Shown: in pieces, positions 1-10,962 of the stretch
How the letters are laid out: each line of letters opens with the position of its first letter
Numbering within the stretch: position 1 is the first letter of the stretch
Origin: Mycoplasmoides genitalium G37
Lineage (GTDB): Bacteria; Bacillota_I; Bacilli_A; Mycoplasmatales; Mycoplasmoidaceae
DNA: 32,000 nucleotides
NCBI RefSeq assembly: GCF_000027325.1
Contig: NC_000908.2
Coordinates: 150,001-182,000, forward strand
Reading direction: 5' to 3'
The notes under the pieces: generated by a model
The model's database searches: none
Seen by the model: only the letters and a program-made list of their open reading frames with translations
Told to the model about the DNA's origin: nothing
Made by a program: the position numbers and the translations under genes

Positions 1-1328
1 TGACTGGCGAATATGAAGTTTATTTTATTGATGAACCTAAGATTTACTATTCATCTCCAAACCCAGTTTATACCACCGCTTCACTTCAAAAGGATGCAAT
101 TAATAAGTTAGGATGGTCTTCCAAAAAAGTAACAATGGTGGCCCAAAGACTGTATGAAGGGATTAGTGTTAATGGGAAACAAACTGCATTAATTAGTTAT
201 CCAAGAACTGATTCAATTAGGATTTCAAACCAATTTCAATCAGAGTGTGAAAAGTACATTGAAAAGGAGTTTGGAAGTCATTATTTAGCTGATAAAAATA
301 AGTTAAAAAGACATAAAAAGGATGAGAAAATCATCCAAGATGCCCATGAAGGGATCCATCCTACTTACATTACTATTACCCCCAATGATCTGAAAAACGG
401 GGTGAAACGCGATGAGTTTCTCCTTTATCGTTTAATATGGATTAGAACAGTTGCTAGTTTAATGGCAGATGCTAAAACATCAAGAACTATTGTTCGTTTT
501 ATAAACCAAAAAAACAAGTTTTATACCTCTTCAAAATCACTTTTATTTGATGGTTATCAAAGGTTATATGAAGAGATTAAACCTAATACTAAAGATGAAC
601 TTTACATTGATCTTAGTAAGCTTAAAATTGGTGATAAATTTAGTTTTGAAAAGATCAGCGTTAATGAGCATAAAACCAACCCACCACCACGTTACACCCA
701 AGCTAGTTTAATTGAAGAGCTTGAAAAATCTAACATCGGTCGTCCCTCTACTTATAACACTATGGCCAGTGTTAATCTAGAAAGGGGCTATGCTAACTTA
801 GTGAACCGATTTTTTTATATCACTGAGCTTGGTGAAAAAGTTAATAATGAACTTTCCAAGCATTTTGGGAATGTAATTAATAAAGAATTTACCAAGAAGA
901 TGGAAAAATCTTTGGATGAAATTGCTGAAAACAAAGTAAACTATCAAGAATTTCTTAAGCAGTTTTGAACAAATTTTAAATCTGATGTTAAACTAGCTGA
1001 AAATTCAATTCAAAAAGTGAAAAAGGAAAAAGAATTGGTTGAAAGAGATTGTCCTAAATGTAATCAACCGTTGGTATATCGTTACACCAAAAGAGGTAAT
1101 GAGAAGTTTGTTGGTTGTAGTGATTTTCCTAAGTGTAAATACAGTGAGTTTAGTAATCCTAAACCAAAACTAACCTTGGAAACACTTGATGAATTGTGTC
1201 CTGAGTGTAACAATAAACTGGTTAAGAGGAGAACTAAATTTAACGCTAAAAAGACCTTTATAGGTTGCAGTAATTTCCCTAACTGCCGTTTTATCAAAAA
1301 GGATAATGCTGCTGAATTTAAACAATAA
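1..1328 (+). CDS. topA: DNA topoisomerase I, C-terminal part (5' truncated by window)
   Basis: Frame continuous from the window start ([34 protein letters not shown]...) through ORF 135..968, an in-frame TGA (Trp) and ORF 1017..1328. Active-site-type motif ISYPRTDS and two C-terminal zinc ribbons ([29 protein letters not shown]; [30 protein letters not shown]). Stop TAA at 1326-1328. Confidence 0.96.
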
Positions 1329-2721
1329 CAGCGTTCTTATTGTTGCGTTTGTAATTGTTTCTTTATTCTTTCTAATAATTGTTGGGTTTGCTTTAAATTT
1401 AGCAATTGCTTTTTCACTCCATTTAAAGCAGAATAAAAATAACAAAAAATACATCTTAAATGACCAACAGATCCAGTTAAGATTAACTGAAAAACAAGCC
1501 CAATTAACAACTTTACTTAACTTTTATCAACAAAAAATTGAAAGTGTAAACAGAGAAAAAAGTTGGTTAGAAAGTCAGTTACAGGTAATTGATAAAAAGG
1601 ATTTAAAGCAAGCGCAAAAGTTAACTTTACATTTAAAAAAAGACCAAATATTAGCTCAACTTAATGAAAAGCTGATTCAAAAAAAAGTTGATCAGCCTTT
1701 AGTTAATGAACTACAGAAAACCAAACTTTCCTATCTTGAAAGGTTAGTTGATCAAAAGATTAAACTCAGTGAAAATAATTTCAAAAGTGCTTTTCTTAAA
1801 ACGAAGGTAAAAGAGACAGCATTTAATATCTTTGCAGCTAAAAACAAGGTGAACTGGGAGTATTTTAAACAGGTGTGTGATGCTGATTGCACTTTAAAAA
1901 ACTTAGAAGATGAAGTGGAAATTACTTTTTCTAATTGGAGTTATTTGAGAAGGATGCAAGCTCTATTAGCGTTTGAAAAACTAATTAGCAAAATCAAAAC
2001 AGTCAAAATTAATGAATTGGTTATTAATGAAACTTTAGATGAAGTGAAAAACGAAATTAGCCAAACTGCTTTTCAAGCGGGTGAAAAAATAGTTAAGGAA
2101 TTTCAGATAACTAATTTAAACGAGCAAATTACCAGACTAATTGGCTTGCAAAAATACTATTTTGGCACTGATCAGCTCAATCTCTTAGAACTCGCGGTAT
2201 TAACAACCAAATTAGTAATTTTACTGAACAAAAAGTTCAAACTAGATTTAGATTTAGAACTTCTTAAAGCAGCTAGCTTGTTTAACTATTTAAAGTGAGT
2301 AGATAATAACCAGTTCTTTCAAATATTAAACACAAAACTTAACCAGCTTTTAATTAGTGATCAAGTTATTGCAATCATCCAACAACAAGAACTTAGTTTT
2401 TATCCTGATCAGTATGGGATGTTAATTAATGGAGTGAAAACAATGATTAGAGAGCATAACACCATTGATTTTGAAAAACTGGTTTTTCTCAACTCAACAA
2501 AACTTATTGATAATTTTTATCTCTATGATTTAAATATGATCCATGCAGTTGAATATAACAACTGCTTTTATTACTTTGTTAGTGTTAAACCCTTTGAGAT
2601 TAAGTCATTAGCAGAACTTGATCTTTTTGTTGTTTTGTTAAAAACTTTTTTAGCTAAAAAGCAAAAGCAAAATCCAAAAGCGGTTAAACTGTTTATCACT
2701 ACCAAAATTTTAGCGATCTAA
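1306..2721 (+). CDS. Membrane-anchored coiled-coil protein of unknown function, possible degenerate RNase Y-like protein
   Basis: ORFs 1306..2298 and 2419..2721 share a frame and are joined through TGA (Trp) at 2296-2298. N-terminal TM segment, then a long K/E/Q/L-rich helical region. About 471 aa. Confidence 0.88.
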
Positions 2722-2767
2722 TTACATTAGATTTTATTAGAATTGTTTCAACTAATAAATTGGCCTT

Positions 2768-3076
2768 ATGGTAACAGAAATTAGAAGTCTTAAACAACTT
2801 GAAGAGATCTTTTCAGCTAAGAAAAATGTTATTGTTGACTTTTGAGCAGCATGATGTGGTCCTTGTAAACTAACCAGCCCTGAGTTTCAAAAAGCAGCAG
2901 ATGAATTTAGTGATGCTCAGTTTGTTAAGGTTAATGTTGATGATCATACTGATATAGCAGCAGCTTATAACATTACCTCTTTACCAACTATTGTTGTTTT
3001 TGAAAACGGGGTTGAAAAAAAGAGAGCCATTGGCTTTATGCCAAAAACCAAAATTATTGATCTTTTCAATAACTAA
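2768..3076 (+). CDS. trxA: Thioredoxin
   Basis: With TGA=Trp reads MVTEIRSLKQLEEIFSAKKNVIVDFWAAWCGPCKLTSPEF..., the canonical WCGPC active site. Both Trp in WAAW are TGA. 102 aa, stop TAA 3074-3076. Absent from the ORF track because of its TGA codons. Confidence 0.96.
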
Positions 3077-3081
3077 AGTCC

Positions 3082-3939
3082 ATGATTGATCTGCTTGGTT
3101 TGGATCTGGATGGAACGTTATTATCTAAAACTAAAAAAATTAACAATCCATCAAAATTAGCATTAACTAATTTAATTGCTAAAAAACCAAGTTTAAAGGT
3201 GATGATTTTAACTGGTAGATCAGTTTTTTCTACTCTAAAACACGTTGAAAAGCTGAACAGTTTGTTTAAAAAACCAATTGTTGATTATTTTTGTTGTTAT
3301 GGGGGTGCTAAACTTTATCAAATTGAAGCAAATAAGCCACAAGAAAGATACAAGTTTTGCTTGGAAAACAGTGTTGTTGAAACTACCTTTAGTATTATCA
3401 AAAAACACCGCGGATTATGTTTAGCTTACTTAGATAGTTATGTCTCTCCTTACCTTTGTTTAGCTGGTAACAAGCTCCTTGGGTGGTTCACTAAATACTT
3501 TTGGTATAGAAAAAGGTGTGTGTTTTTTAACCAGAACCATTTAAAACAAGGTATTCTAAAGATTAGTGTTTACTTTTTAAGTGCAAAAAGGTGTAAAAAA
3601 GTTTATGAAATCTTAAAAAATACCTTTCAAGAAAAGGTTAATGTTTTAAGTTTTTCTAATAATTTAATTGAGATAACTCATCATGATGCTAATAAGGGTT
3701 ATGCAATTGAATATATGGCCAAAAGAGAACAACTTTCACTTAATAGAATAGCAGTTATTGGTGATTCTTGAAATGATTATGCAATGTTCAAAAAAGCTAA
3801 ATATTCCTTTGCAATGTCAAAATCCCCTTCCCAGTTAAAATTAATTGCTACCAATACCAGTAACAAAACCAACCGTTACCGCTTTAGTACCTTACTTAAT
3901 TTAATTAGTGAAACAATCATTAATCAAAAAGCTGATTAG
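3082..3939 (+). CDS. HAD superfamily, Cof-type hydrolase
   Basis: N-terminal DLLGLDLDGTLLSKTKK (HAD motif I DxDGT) and C-terminal KREQLSLNRIAVIGDSWNDYAMFKKA (motif IV GDSxND, with Trp as TGA). Stop TAG 3937-3939. Confidence 0.93.
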
Positions 3940-4963
3940 ATGTTAAACCAAATGCTTTATAAAACATTTTTAATGTTTCATCAGCAACTTTTTTAGCTTG
4001 GTTTTTACCATCATTTAGGACTTTTAATACCATTTCATCAGTAATTTGTGCTTTTTTAAATTTAAGTGATTCTATGACATTAATAACAGCACTACTGAGG
4101 TCATTCTTTAAATCTAAATAACTTTTATTCTGATAATATTTAACAAGATCAGAGCCGATTTTTTTACTTAAATTATGGTTAACTTCTTCTTTTAAAAGTG
4201 CAGTTAAAATAACAAGTAAATTAGTAACACCAGGTTGGGTTTTTTTAGCAAAACGAATCTTATTAAAACTATCAGTTGTGGCTTTGCGCACTTTTTTGAT
4301 GATTGTTTCTTTACTATCATCCAGATAGATAACACCATTTTGATCAGGATTTGATTTGGACATCTTTTTTAAAGGATTTGATAGATCCATGATCCTGTTG
4401 GTATCTTTGTTTTCTATAAATACAGGTAATTTCAGTTTTAACTTAAATTTTTTTGCTACACGTTTAGCTAAATCATTGGTTAATTCCAAGTGCTGCTTCT
4501 GATCATTACCAACTGGAACAATATCAGGTTGATAAAGCAAGATATCAGCAGCCATTAACACTGGGTAAGTTAACAAACCAGTTGGGATAGTAATGGTGTT
4601 ATTACTATTTCTTTTTTGCGCTAATTTCTTTGTTTTAAATTGGGTCATTCTTTGTAATTCACCTAGATTACTTTGTGTCAGCATTAGATAACCTAACATG
4701 GTATGTTCCATCAGATCACTTTGTAAAAATAAGTTCACTTTTCCATAATCAAGTCCTAGTGCTAATAAAGTTTTAACAAGTTGCAAGTTGTTATCTTTGA
4801 GCATTGTTGGTTCAAAATCAACAGTAATAGCATGAAGATCAGCAACAAATAAAAACAGTTGGTATTGACTTTGGAGTTGTTTTAAACCTTGCATTACGCC
4901 AAGAAAGTTACCTAGGTGTTGTCTTCCAGAAGCTTGAATCCCTGTAATTGCGCGCTTTATCAT
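3920..4963 (-). CDS. trpS: Tryptophanyl-tRNA synthetase
   Basis: 347 aa ORF with TGIQASGRQHLGNFLG (HIGH-like) and KKMSKSNP (KMSKS) motifs. 3' end overlaps the convergent Cof gene by about 20 nt. Confidence 0.96.
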   Translation of the reverse strand: MIKRAITGIQASGRQHLGNFLGVMQGLKQLQSQYQLFLFVADLHAITVDFEPTMLKDNNLQLVKTLLALGLDYGKVNLFLQSDLMEHTMLGYLMLTQSNLGELQRMTQFKTKKLAQKRNSNNTITIPTGLLTYPVLMAADILLYQPDIVPVGNDQKQHLELTNDLAKRVAKKFKLKLKLPVFIENKDTNRIMDLSNPLKKMSKSNPDQNGVIYLDDSKETIIKKVRKATTDSFNKIRFAKKTQPGVTNLLVILTALLKEEVNHNLSKKIGSDLVKYYQNKSYLDLKNDLSSAVINVIESLKFKKAQITDEMVLKVLNDGKNQAKKVADETLKMFYKAFGLTSNQLFD

Positions 4964-4998
4964 TATTAGAATTGATAGGGTAATTAAAGGTTATTTTA

Positions 4999-5436
4999 AT
5001 GAAAAAAGCGGGTAAAAAAAATAGTGATGCAGGTAAGACTTTTATCTTAATCTCATCATCCTGTTCATCCTGTCAGAAAGCCATTGAGTTTTTTGATCAA
5101 AACAAAATTAGCTATGTTGTTGAGAATTTTTATAAAAAACCAATTAGTGATAAGCGTTTTAAAGATATTTTAAGTCTTAGTGAGGATGGTACTGAAAGTT
5201 TGTTTTCCAAACGTGCTGATCAGATTAAAGCAACTAACAGTGTTAGTGTTGAAGAGTTGAGTATCAGTGAATTAATTAAGCTAGTTAGAGAACGTCCTTC
5301 TTTACTAAGAAGGCCTATTATCATCCAATATAATTCTTCAGGAATTCCTAAAAGGATGCGAATTGGTTATAACTCATCTGAAATTAAGGTCTTTGAGCGT
5401 AAACTAATAGAACCAAAGCCTATAATACAACAATAA
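4999..5436 (+). CDS. Spx/ArsC-family protein
   Basis: 145 aa. N-terminal thioredoxin-like strand with CSSC motif ([35 protein letters not shown]) and RRPIIIQ segment typical of the Spx/ArsC family. Confidence 0.85.
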
Positions 5437-5443
5437 CATCTAA

Positions 5444-6223
5444 ATGAAATACAAAATTTTTGCTTCCACAACGCCCCAAACTGAACCTGTTCTCAATAAG
5501 TTAAGAGCAGTTTTAAAAACTTGGCAAGCGGTTGAGAATGGTTATGAATATGTGTTTGTTTTAGGTGGGGATGGTTTTTTTGTTTCCACACTTGCTAACT
5601 ATAACTGTGATAGTTGTAAGGTAGTTGGTATCAATACTGGCCACATTGGTTTTTACACTTCTTTTAATGGAGATGATCTTGATGAAAATTTCATTTCAAA
5701 ACTAACTAGCTTTGAGTTTAAAAAGATTAATTTACTGGAAGTGAAAACTAAAAACCACAGTTTCTTAGTTTTAAATGAACTTGCAGTTTACACCAACACT
5801 GCATATCCAATTAACATCTTTATTGATGATAACCACTGGGAATCATACCGCGGTTCAGGGTTGCTAATTGGCCCAAGAACAGGTTCAACTGCCCTAGCAA
5901 AATCTGCTAAGGGAGCGGTTATCTTTCCAAATGTTGATGTTGTTCAAATTATTGAACTAAACCCCTTATTACATCCCAACCAAATCACAATTCAATCTCC
6001 GATTATTCTGCCAATGCAAACCAAGGTTGAATTTAGGATCAAAAAAGCTTTTAAAGCAGAGCAATTTCCCAATTTTTATGCAGATGGAATCAAGCTTGAT
6101 TTAAAAAATGAAGATACCAGTATTAGCTTTCAGTTGGTTTTATCAAGATCAATGTTTCACGCTTCTTTAAAAACTAAGGATTTTATTGATAAACTAAAAT
6201 CAACTTTTATTAAGCAAAGCTAA
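5444..6223 (+). CDS. ppnK: NAD kinase
   Basis: 259 aa with GGDGFFVSTL (GGDGT-type motif), NTGHIGFYTSF, and GPRTGSTALAKSAKGAVIFP. Confidence 0.92.
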   Translation: MKYKIFASTTPQTEPVLNKLRAVLKTWQAVENGYEYVFVLGGDGFFVSTLANYNCDSCKVVGINTGHIGFYTSFNGDDLDENFISKLTSFEFKKINLLEVKTKNHSFLVLNELAVYTNTAYPINIFIDDNHWESYRGSGLLIGPRTGSTALAKSAKGAVIFPNVDVVQIIELNPLLHPNQITIQSPIILPMQTKVEFRIKKAFKAEQFPNFYADGIKLDLKNEDTSISFQLVLSRSMFHASLKTKDFIDKLKSTFIKQS

Positions 6224-6576
6224 TGAAATGGTTGTTGTGATTGGGTTATATTTTTAGTTTTGGTTTACTCTATCTTTGGATAGTAAAAAAATCAAAACAA
6301 ATTGCTCAACAACCTAACACAAAACTGGTTGAATCAACTTCTATTCCTTTTAAAGTTAAGGACTTTGTTAGTGCTTGTGGTGGTAAGGAAAATTTTGTTA
6401 ATATAAAAACAACACCAACTCAATTAATAGTTACTTTTAAAGATGTTAACTCAGTGAGCTTAACAAAGCTTAATGCGCTTAATATCAAAGGAATTAACAA
6501 AAACCAAAACCAATTTCGTTTTGTACTTGGTAACTTTGTAAATGAATTGAAAAAAAAGATAGAAGATGAACAATAA
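6223..6576 (+). CDS. PTS glucose-type EIIB domain-like membrane protein
   Basis: ATG at 6223 overlaps the TAA of the previous gene (TAATG). An in-frame TGA is read as Trp (MKWLLWLGYIFSFGLLYLWIVKKSK). The C-terminal domain VKDFVSACGGKENFVNIKTTPTQLIVTFKD... resembles EIIB. Confidence 0.82.
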
Positions 6577-8020
6577 CATTACTAACAGTATTGCCCAATT
6601 GTTTTTCAACACTTCTTTCTTTGCTTTTCTGTTTTTAATCATTATTGCGTTTAATTTATGCTTGTTTGCCTATCTTTATTTTCAGTACCGAATTTATAAG
6701 AAAAACCCTAAAAAAGCTAACAACTTTAAAGCGAATGAATATGAAAAAATTAAGCTATTAAAAAACCAAAATTTCACTGAAAGTAATAAATTAATTGCAA
6801 CAACTAATGAGTTAAATGAACTTACTAGTCAGCTAGATAATATCTTGGTTAGGATTATCAACAAACCACTAGCAAAGTTAGTTAATGATTTTTTAGATGA
6901 ACAGATTAAACAGATAGTTAAGCTAGATAAAAACAGTTCTGATTTTCACTCAGAAAGTGATAACCTCCCTTTTTATACCAAACTCTTTAATGATTTTCAC
7001 TTTGGTGTTGATAAATTAATAAACATTAACATAAAAAACCCTCTTTATAACTGGGTTTATAGCCCCAGTTTTTTAATTAGTGAAAGTGATTTTCGCAAGC
7101 TTAATGGTATTAGTGGTATCAATAAAAAGCTTTTGGTTGAAAAACTTAGAATTGAAGACATTGTGTTTACAGATCTAAACAAAAAGTATGAAGTTAATGT
7201 CTTGACAGAAAGTCCTATTAAAGCACAAAAAACAGTGTTAACTGTGCGCAATATCCTGATGAACGATTATGTTGATAATGAAAGGATTGAATCATATGTC
7301 CAACAAGCTAACTTCTTTTTTACTGAGCACTGTAAAAAGATCGGTAAAGAGATCTTAGAATCACTTAATATTTTTATCTCAAGTAGTTCACTACACCGTC
7401 ATTTTGGCTTTTTAGCATTTCGCTATTCATTTGGACAAAATGTCTTATCCCATAGCCTTGAAACTGCATTTTTAACTGCCCACTTAGCAGCTTTAATAGA
7501 ACTTGATAGTGAACTGAGTTTAAAGTGTGGATTGCTCCATGATATTGGTAAATCTAATGATGATAATGGTAAAGAGAGCCATACGATTACAGGCGCTAAA
7601 CTCGCTGAGCAATTTCAACTACCTGATGACATTAAATACACAATTGCTAACCACCACAATAAACATATTGACAATACCTATTGTCGTTTAACACAAATTG
7701 CTGATAAACTATCTGCTGCTAGAATTGGTGCTAGAAGTGATAGTTCGCTTCTTTTTAAACAACTAAAAGATGAGTTGAAAAAGATTGTTGATAAAACTAT
7801 TAATAATTTTCATACAACGATCTTACTAGGTCAAAGTGGTAGAAGGTTAATGATTTGACTTGAAACTAAAAACCAAAATCAACTGTTAAGTAATGAGCAA
7901 ATTATTGAAATGGTTGAAAAGATTAAAGCTGAAATTGCTAAGAATCCAATTACAAATCACTTCCCTATTAAAGTTGTAATTAGATATAACTTTGAACACA
8001 GTTTTAACACCAAAAGCTAA
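6566..8020 (+). CDS. rny: Ribonuclease Y
   Basis: ORF 6566..7858 continues through TGA (Trp) to TAA 8018-8020. N-terminal TM, then FGQNVLSHSLETAFLTAHLAALIELDSELSLKCGLLHDIGKSND (HD phosphohydrolase signature). About 484 aa. Confidence 0.93.
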
Positions 8021-8022
8021 GG

Positions 8023-8247
8023 ATGCAATACAGTGCTTTAATACCACTTTTTATATTACTAATTAGCTTAGTATTATTTTGTTTCAGCTTTAGAAAAAAT
8101 CAAAGTGAAAATCAGATAGTGAAAATCTTATTTTTTGCTTATTGCATCGATTTTTTAGCTTTAATTCTTGCTGTAATGTTGCTCACTTTTTTAAGTCATG
8201 GGTTGTTAAGTTTAGCGATTTTAATCCCTGTCTTAGTTTTTCAATAA
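8023..8247 (+). CDS. Small hydrophobic membrane protein
   Basis: 74 aa ORF starting 3 nt after the rny stop codon. Two predicted TM helices (FILLISLVLFCFSF; FFAYCIDFLALILAVMLLTFLS). Confidence 0.6.
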   Translation: MQYSALIPLFILLISLVLFCFSFRKNQSENQIVKILFFAYCIDFLALILAVMLLTFLSHGLLSLAILIPVLVFQ

Positions 8248-8298
8248 TAATGTTTTTTGTTATGGTTATTAGTCACTATCCCCTTATGAAAAGACTAT

Positions 8299-8604
8299 TT
8301 GGAAATTAAAATTCTAAGTACCATGGAGTTGAAAACCCCTAACTTTAAGCTAATTGATGAAAAGATTGCTGAATTTAATAAGAGTAATGAAAACCTGATT
8401 GTAAAACTACTTCAAAAAGAAAAGGAATTTGCCACAAACCAAGTTACTGTTCAGTTTGATACTCAGTCAAAAAAGTCAGAAGAAGTGAAAAAACCTAGTA
8501 AAAAAATACTGAAAAGTTATCACTTTCTAACAGTAGTTATGGCAGTTAATTTGCTAATAACTGTTGGTTTGATAGTTGGCTTAATTTTTGCTTTCAGATA
8601 TTAG
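8299..8604 (+). CDS. Small protein with C-terminal TM helix, unknown function
   Basis: TTG-initiated ORF. An alternative ATG at 8323 gives MELKTPNFKLIDEKIAEFNKSN.... C-terminal HFLTVVMAVNLLITVGLIVGLIFAF. Start uncertain: the frame is open upstream to about 8251 under table 4. Confidence 0.6.
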   Translation: MEIKILSTMELKTPNFKLIDEKIAEFNKSNENLIVKLLQKEKEFATNQVTVQFDTQSKKSEEVKKPSKKILKSYHFLTVVMAVNLLITVGLIVGLIFAFRY

Positions 8605-9006
8605 TTGGTAGTTTTCTTCTAAGGAACGTTTGTTGGTTTTATTGACATTATAGCCAAACCCTTTACCAGTTTCATATTTGGGTACTATGTGTAAGTGAAA
8701 ATGAAAAACCACTTGACCTGCAATTGCCCCTTCATTAGAAACATAGTTTAAACCAGATGGTTTTAGTGTCATCTTTAGTTTTAAAGCGATTTGTTTTGCT
8801 AATAAACTAACTGCTTGTAACTCTTTTTGATCAGTTGAAGAAAAATCAACTGCATGTTTTTTAGGGATTACTAAAGTATGACCATCAGCTACAGGAAAAG
8901 CATCTAAAAAAGCAATGGCATGCTCATTTTCTCCAATTTTATAGGATGTAATTGAACCTTGAACAATATCACAAAAGATACAACTACTTGTGGTGTTTTT
9001 TTCCAT
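8581..9006 (-). CDS. HIT family protein
   Basis: 141 aa, CIFCDIVQGSITSYKIGENEHAIAFLDAFPVADGHTLVIPKKHA ... HFHLHIVPKY histidine triad. Confidence 0.95.
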   Translation of the reverse strand: MEKNTTSSCIFCDIVQGSITSYKIGENEHAIAFLDAFPVADGHTLVIPKKHAVDFSSTDQKELQAVSLLAKQIALKLKMTLKPSGLNYVSNEGAIAGQVVFHFHLHIVPKYETGKGFGYNVNKTNKRSLEENYQLISESKN

Positions 9007-9778
9007 AGTAATGGTTATTTATAACAAAAAGCATTCATAAGATTAAAAACATTGATGCAAAAATAGGGATTGATCAAATCCAAACATAACTGTTATATTT
9101 AGTTTGCGTAAAAAATCCATACACTGAATAGGAGTTTTCACCATTATCCCAAACATTTAAAAATGGAATAGTTTGGAGATAAAAAGCATAGATACTGGGA
9201 TAAATGCCTGCTTTTAAAAGAAAGGATTGCAAATTCCTTGGCGGTTTGATAAATTTATAAGTTTTAAAAAGTAATCCAACATAAATAAAGTAAAACAACG
9301 GATGGATAACATGGAGTAATAGCTCTGAAAAAGCATTCCAGTCATTAATAAAAGAACCATTAAAACTATATGGTAATTGCGTTGTTATAGTTGAAAACCA
9401 ACCCTGTACATCAGGTTCTATATTAACAATACCTGTGAAGCGTGATAAAGCATAAAAGTTAAAGAAAATAACTGTAAAAACTAGATAACCTGTAACACTT
9501 AAAACCAGTGAACTGTTTTCAAATCATCTGCTTTTATGGTTAAGAAAGTAGTATCATACTAAAAAGATTGCAAGGCTATTACTTTGGTAAGTAAAAGTAT
9601 CAAAATTAGTAAACCAAATCAGGCTCATTTGACCACTGTTAGCAACACTAATCAGTGCAGTAATCACCATAAAGATTTGGGTGAATAGTGAAAAAGGTGC
9701 TAGAAAAATTAAATAATAATCGCATTTATTGTTAAGATAAAAGCAACGGTAAAAAATTCCAATTGATTTTTTAAGCAC
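8984..9778 (-). CDS. Polytopic membrane protein, unknown function
   Basis: ORFs 9074..9298(-) and 9554..9778(-) share one frame. I read the intervening and downstream triplets by hand and found only TGA (Trp) interruptions until TAG at 8984-8986. GTG start at 9778. About 264 aa, several TM segments. Confidence 0.8.
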
Positions 9779-9797
9779 GATTTTTATTTAATGATAT

Positions 9798-10100
9798 ATG
9801 AGTTTTAAAAAGATTGCTGAAATGATGCGTCAAGCAGAACGAGAAACTAAGAAAAAAACATTAGCGTTTGAACAACAAGCCTTTGAATACAACTATAAAA
9901 ATGGTGCGATTAAGATCACTATTTTAGGTGATCTTACACTTAAATCAATTAACATCGATCCTGTTTTGATTGATGCAAGTGACAAAGTTATTCTAGAGGA
10001 GATGATTATAGAAGCTACTAATGAAGCGGTTAGTGATGTGAAAACCAAGTATGATAACTTAGTTGAGAAAACTATGCCAAAAGTTCCAGGTCTTTTCTAA
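9798..10100 (+). CDS. YbaB/EbfC family nucleoid-associated protein
   Basis: 100 aa MSFKKIAEMMRQAERETKKKTLAFEQQAFEYNYKNGAIKITILGDLTLKSINIDPVLID..., typical YbaB/EbfC pattern. Confidence 0.87.
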   Translation: MSFKKIAEMMRQAERETKKKTLAFEQQAFEYNYKNGAIKITILGDLTLKSINIDPVLIDASDKVILEEMIIEATNEAVSDVKTKYDNLVEKTMPKVPGLF

Positions 10101-10914
10101 TTAGATTTTCTTTTTTAATAAAGATCTTATCCTTTTTCATTTCCATAAATGTAGGGATATTAGCAAAGAGTGTCATTAGTAAAATTGCAACATAACTTAA
10201 ACTAAAGCCCACAATAAACACAAGTTGTGGATCACTATTGCTTAAGTTAAGAAAGGTCGCCACATTTTTATATTCACCATTAGTTCAATCACTTGCTAAG
10301 ATACCAGTTGTATTACCTGTGATCTGGCCCTTAAACACAGATACCATCAAAGCTACATAACTAAAGTAAATTAGAGCAAACACATGGATATAGAAAAATG
10401 AGATTAAAGAAAAACAGTTATCCCACAAGATAATTGCTAAGCTTACAAGTAAACTGAGAAAATGCATCATGAAATAAATCTGGTTATTTCCTGTACCAAC
10501 AAAGATGAAATTCACAATATCTTGTTCATTAACAGGTGTAAAAATTAGTTCACCAAAAAGAGTAACCAAAGCTCCAAATAACCCAAAAACAGCTAACACC
10601 CCACTAATCTTTTTTTGCTTTAAAAAGACAAACACTGGCGCAATAACAGCAAAAAATGGACAAAGATCTAATAAAAATATCCTACTTAGTCGTAGTGAAT
10701 CTAAATTTTGTGAAGATTGGGAATTTTGTCCATAAACATCAGGGAATAAATAAATAATCTGCCTACCAAAAAAAACATAGACAAACAGTACAATGGCTAG
10801 TACTTGAATTAGATAGAACCTAATCTTTAGTTTTCGAACTAAAGGAGTAAAAGCTAAAACAGAAATTACACCAGCAATAATAAGGATGATGACAAGGTAG
10901 TTAAGTGTCTGCAT
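10072..10914 (-). CDS. Polytopic membrane protein (possibly YwaF/TMEM164-like)
   Basis: ORFs 10285..10914(-) and 10072..10263(-) joined by TGA (Trp) at 10285-10287 (ILASDWTNGEYKNVATF...). About 280 aa, multiple TM helices. The family suggestion is weak (LLDLCPFFA...; GELIFTP...; FMMHFLSLL). Confidence 0.8.
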
Positions 10915-10962
10915 TACTTATTGCTTAAAATTAAGATAAATAATTTTCCAATTTTGTTTTCA

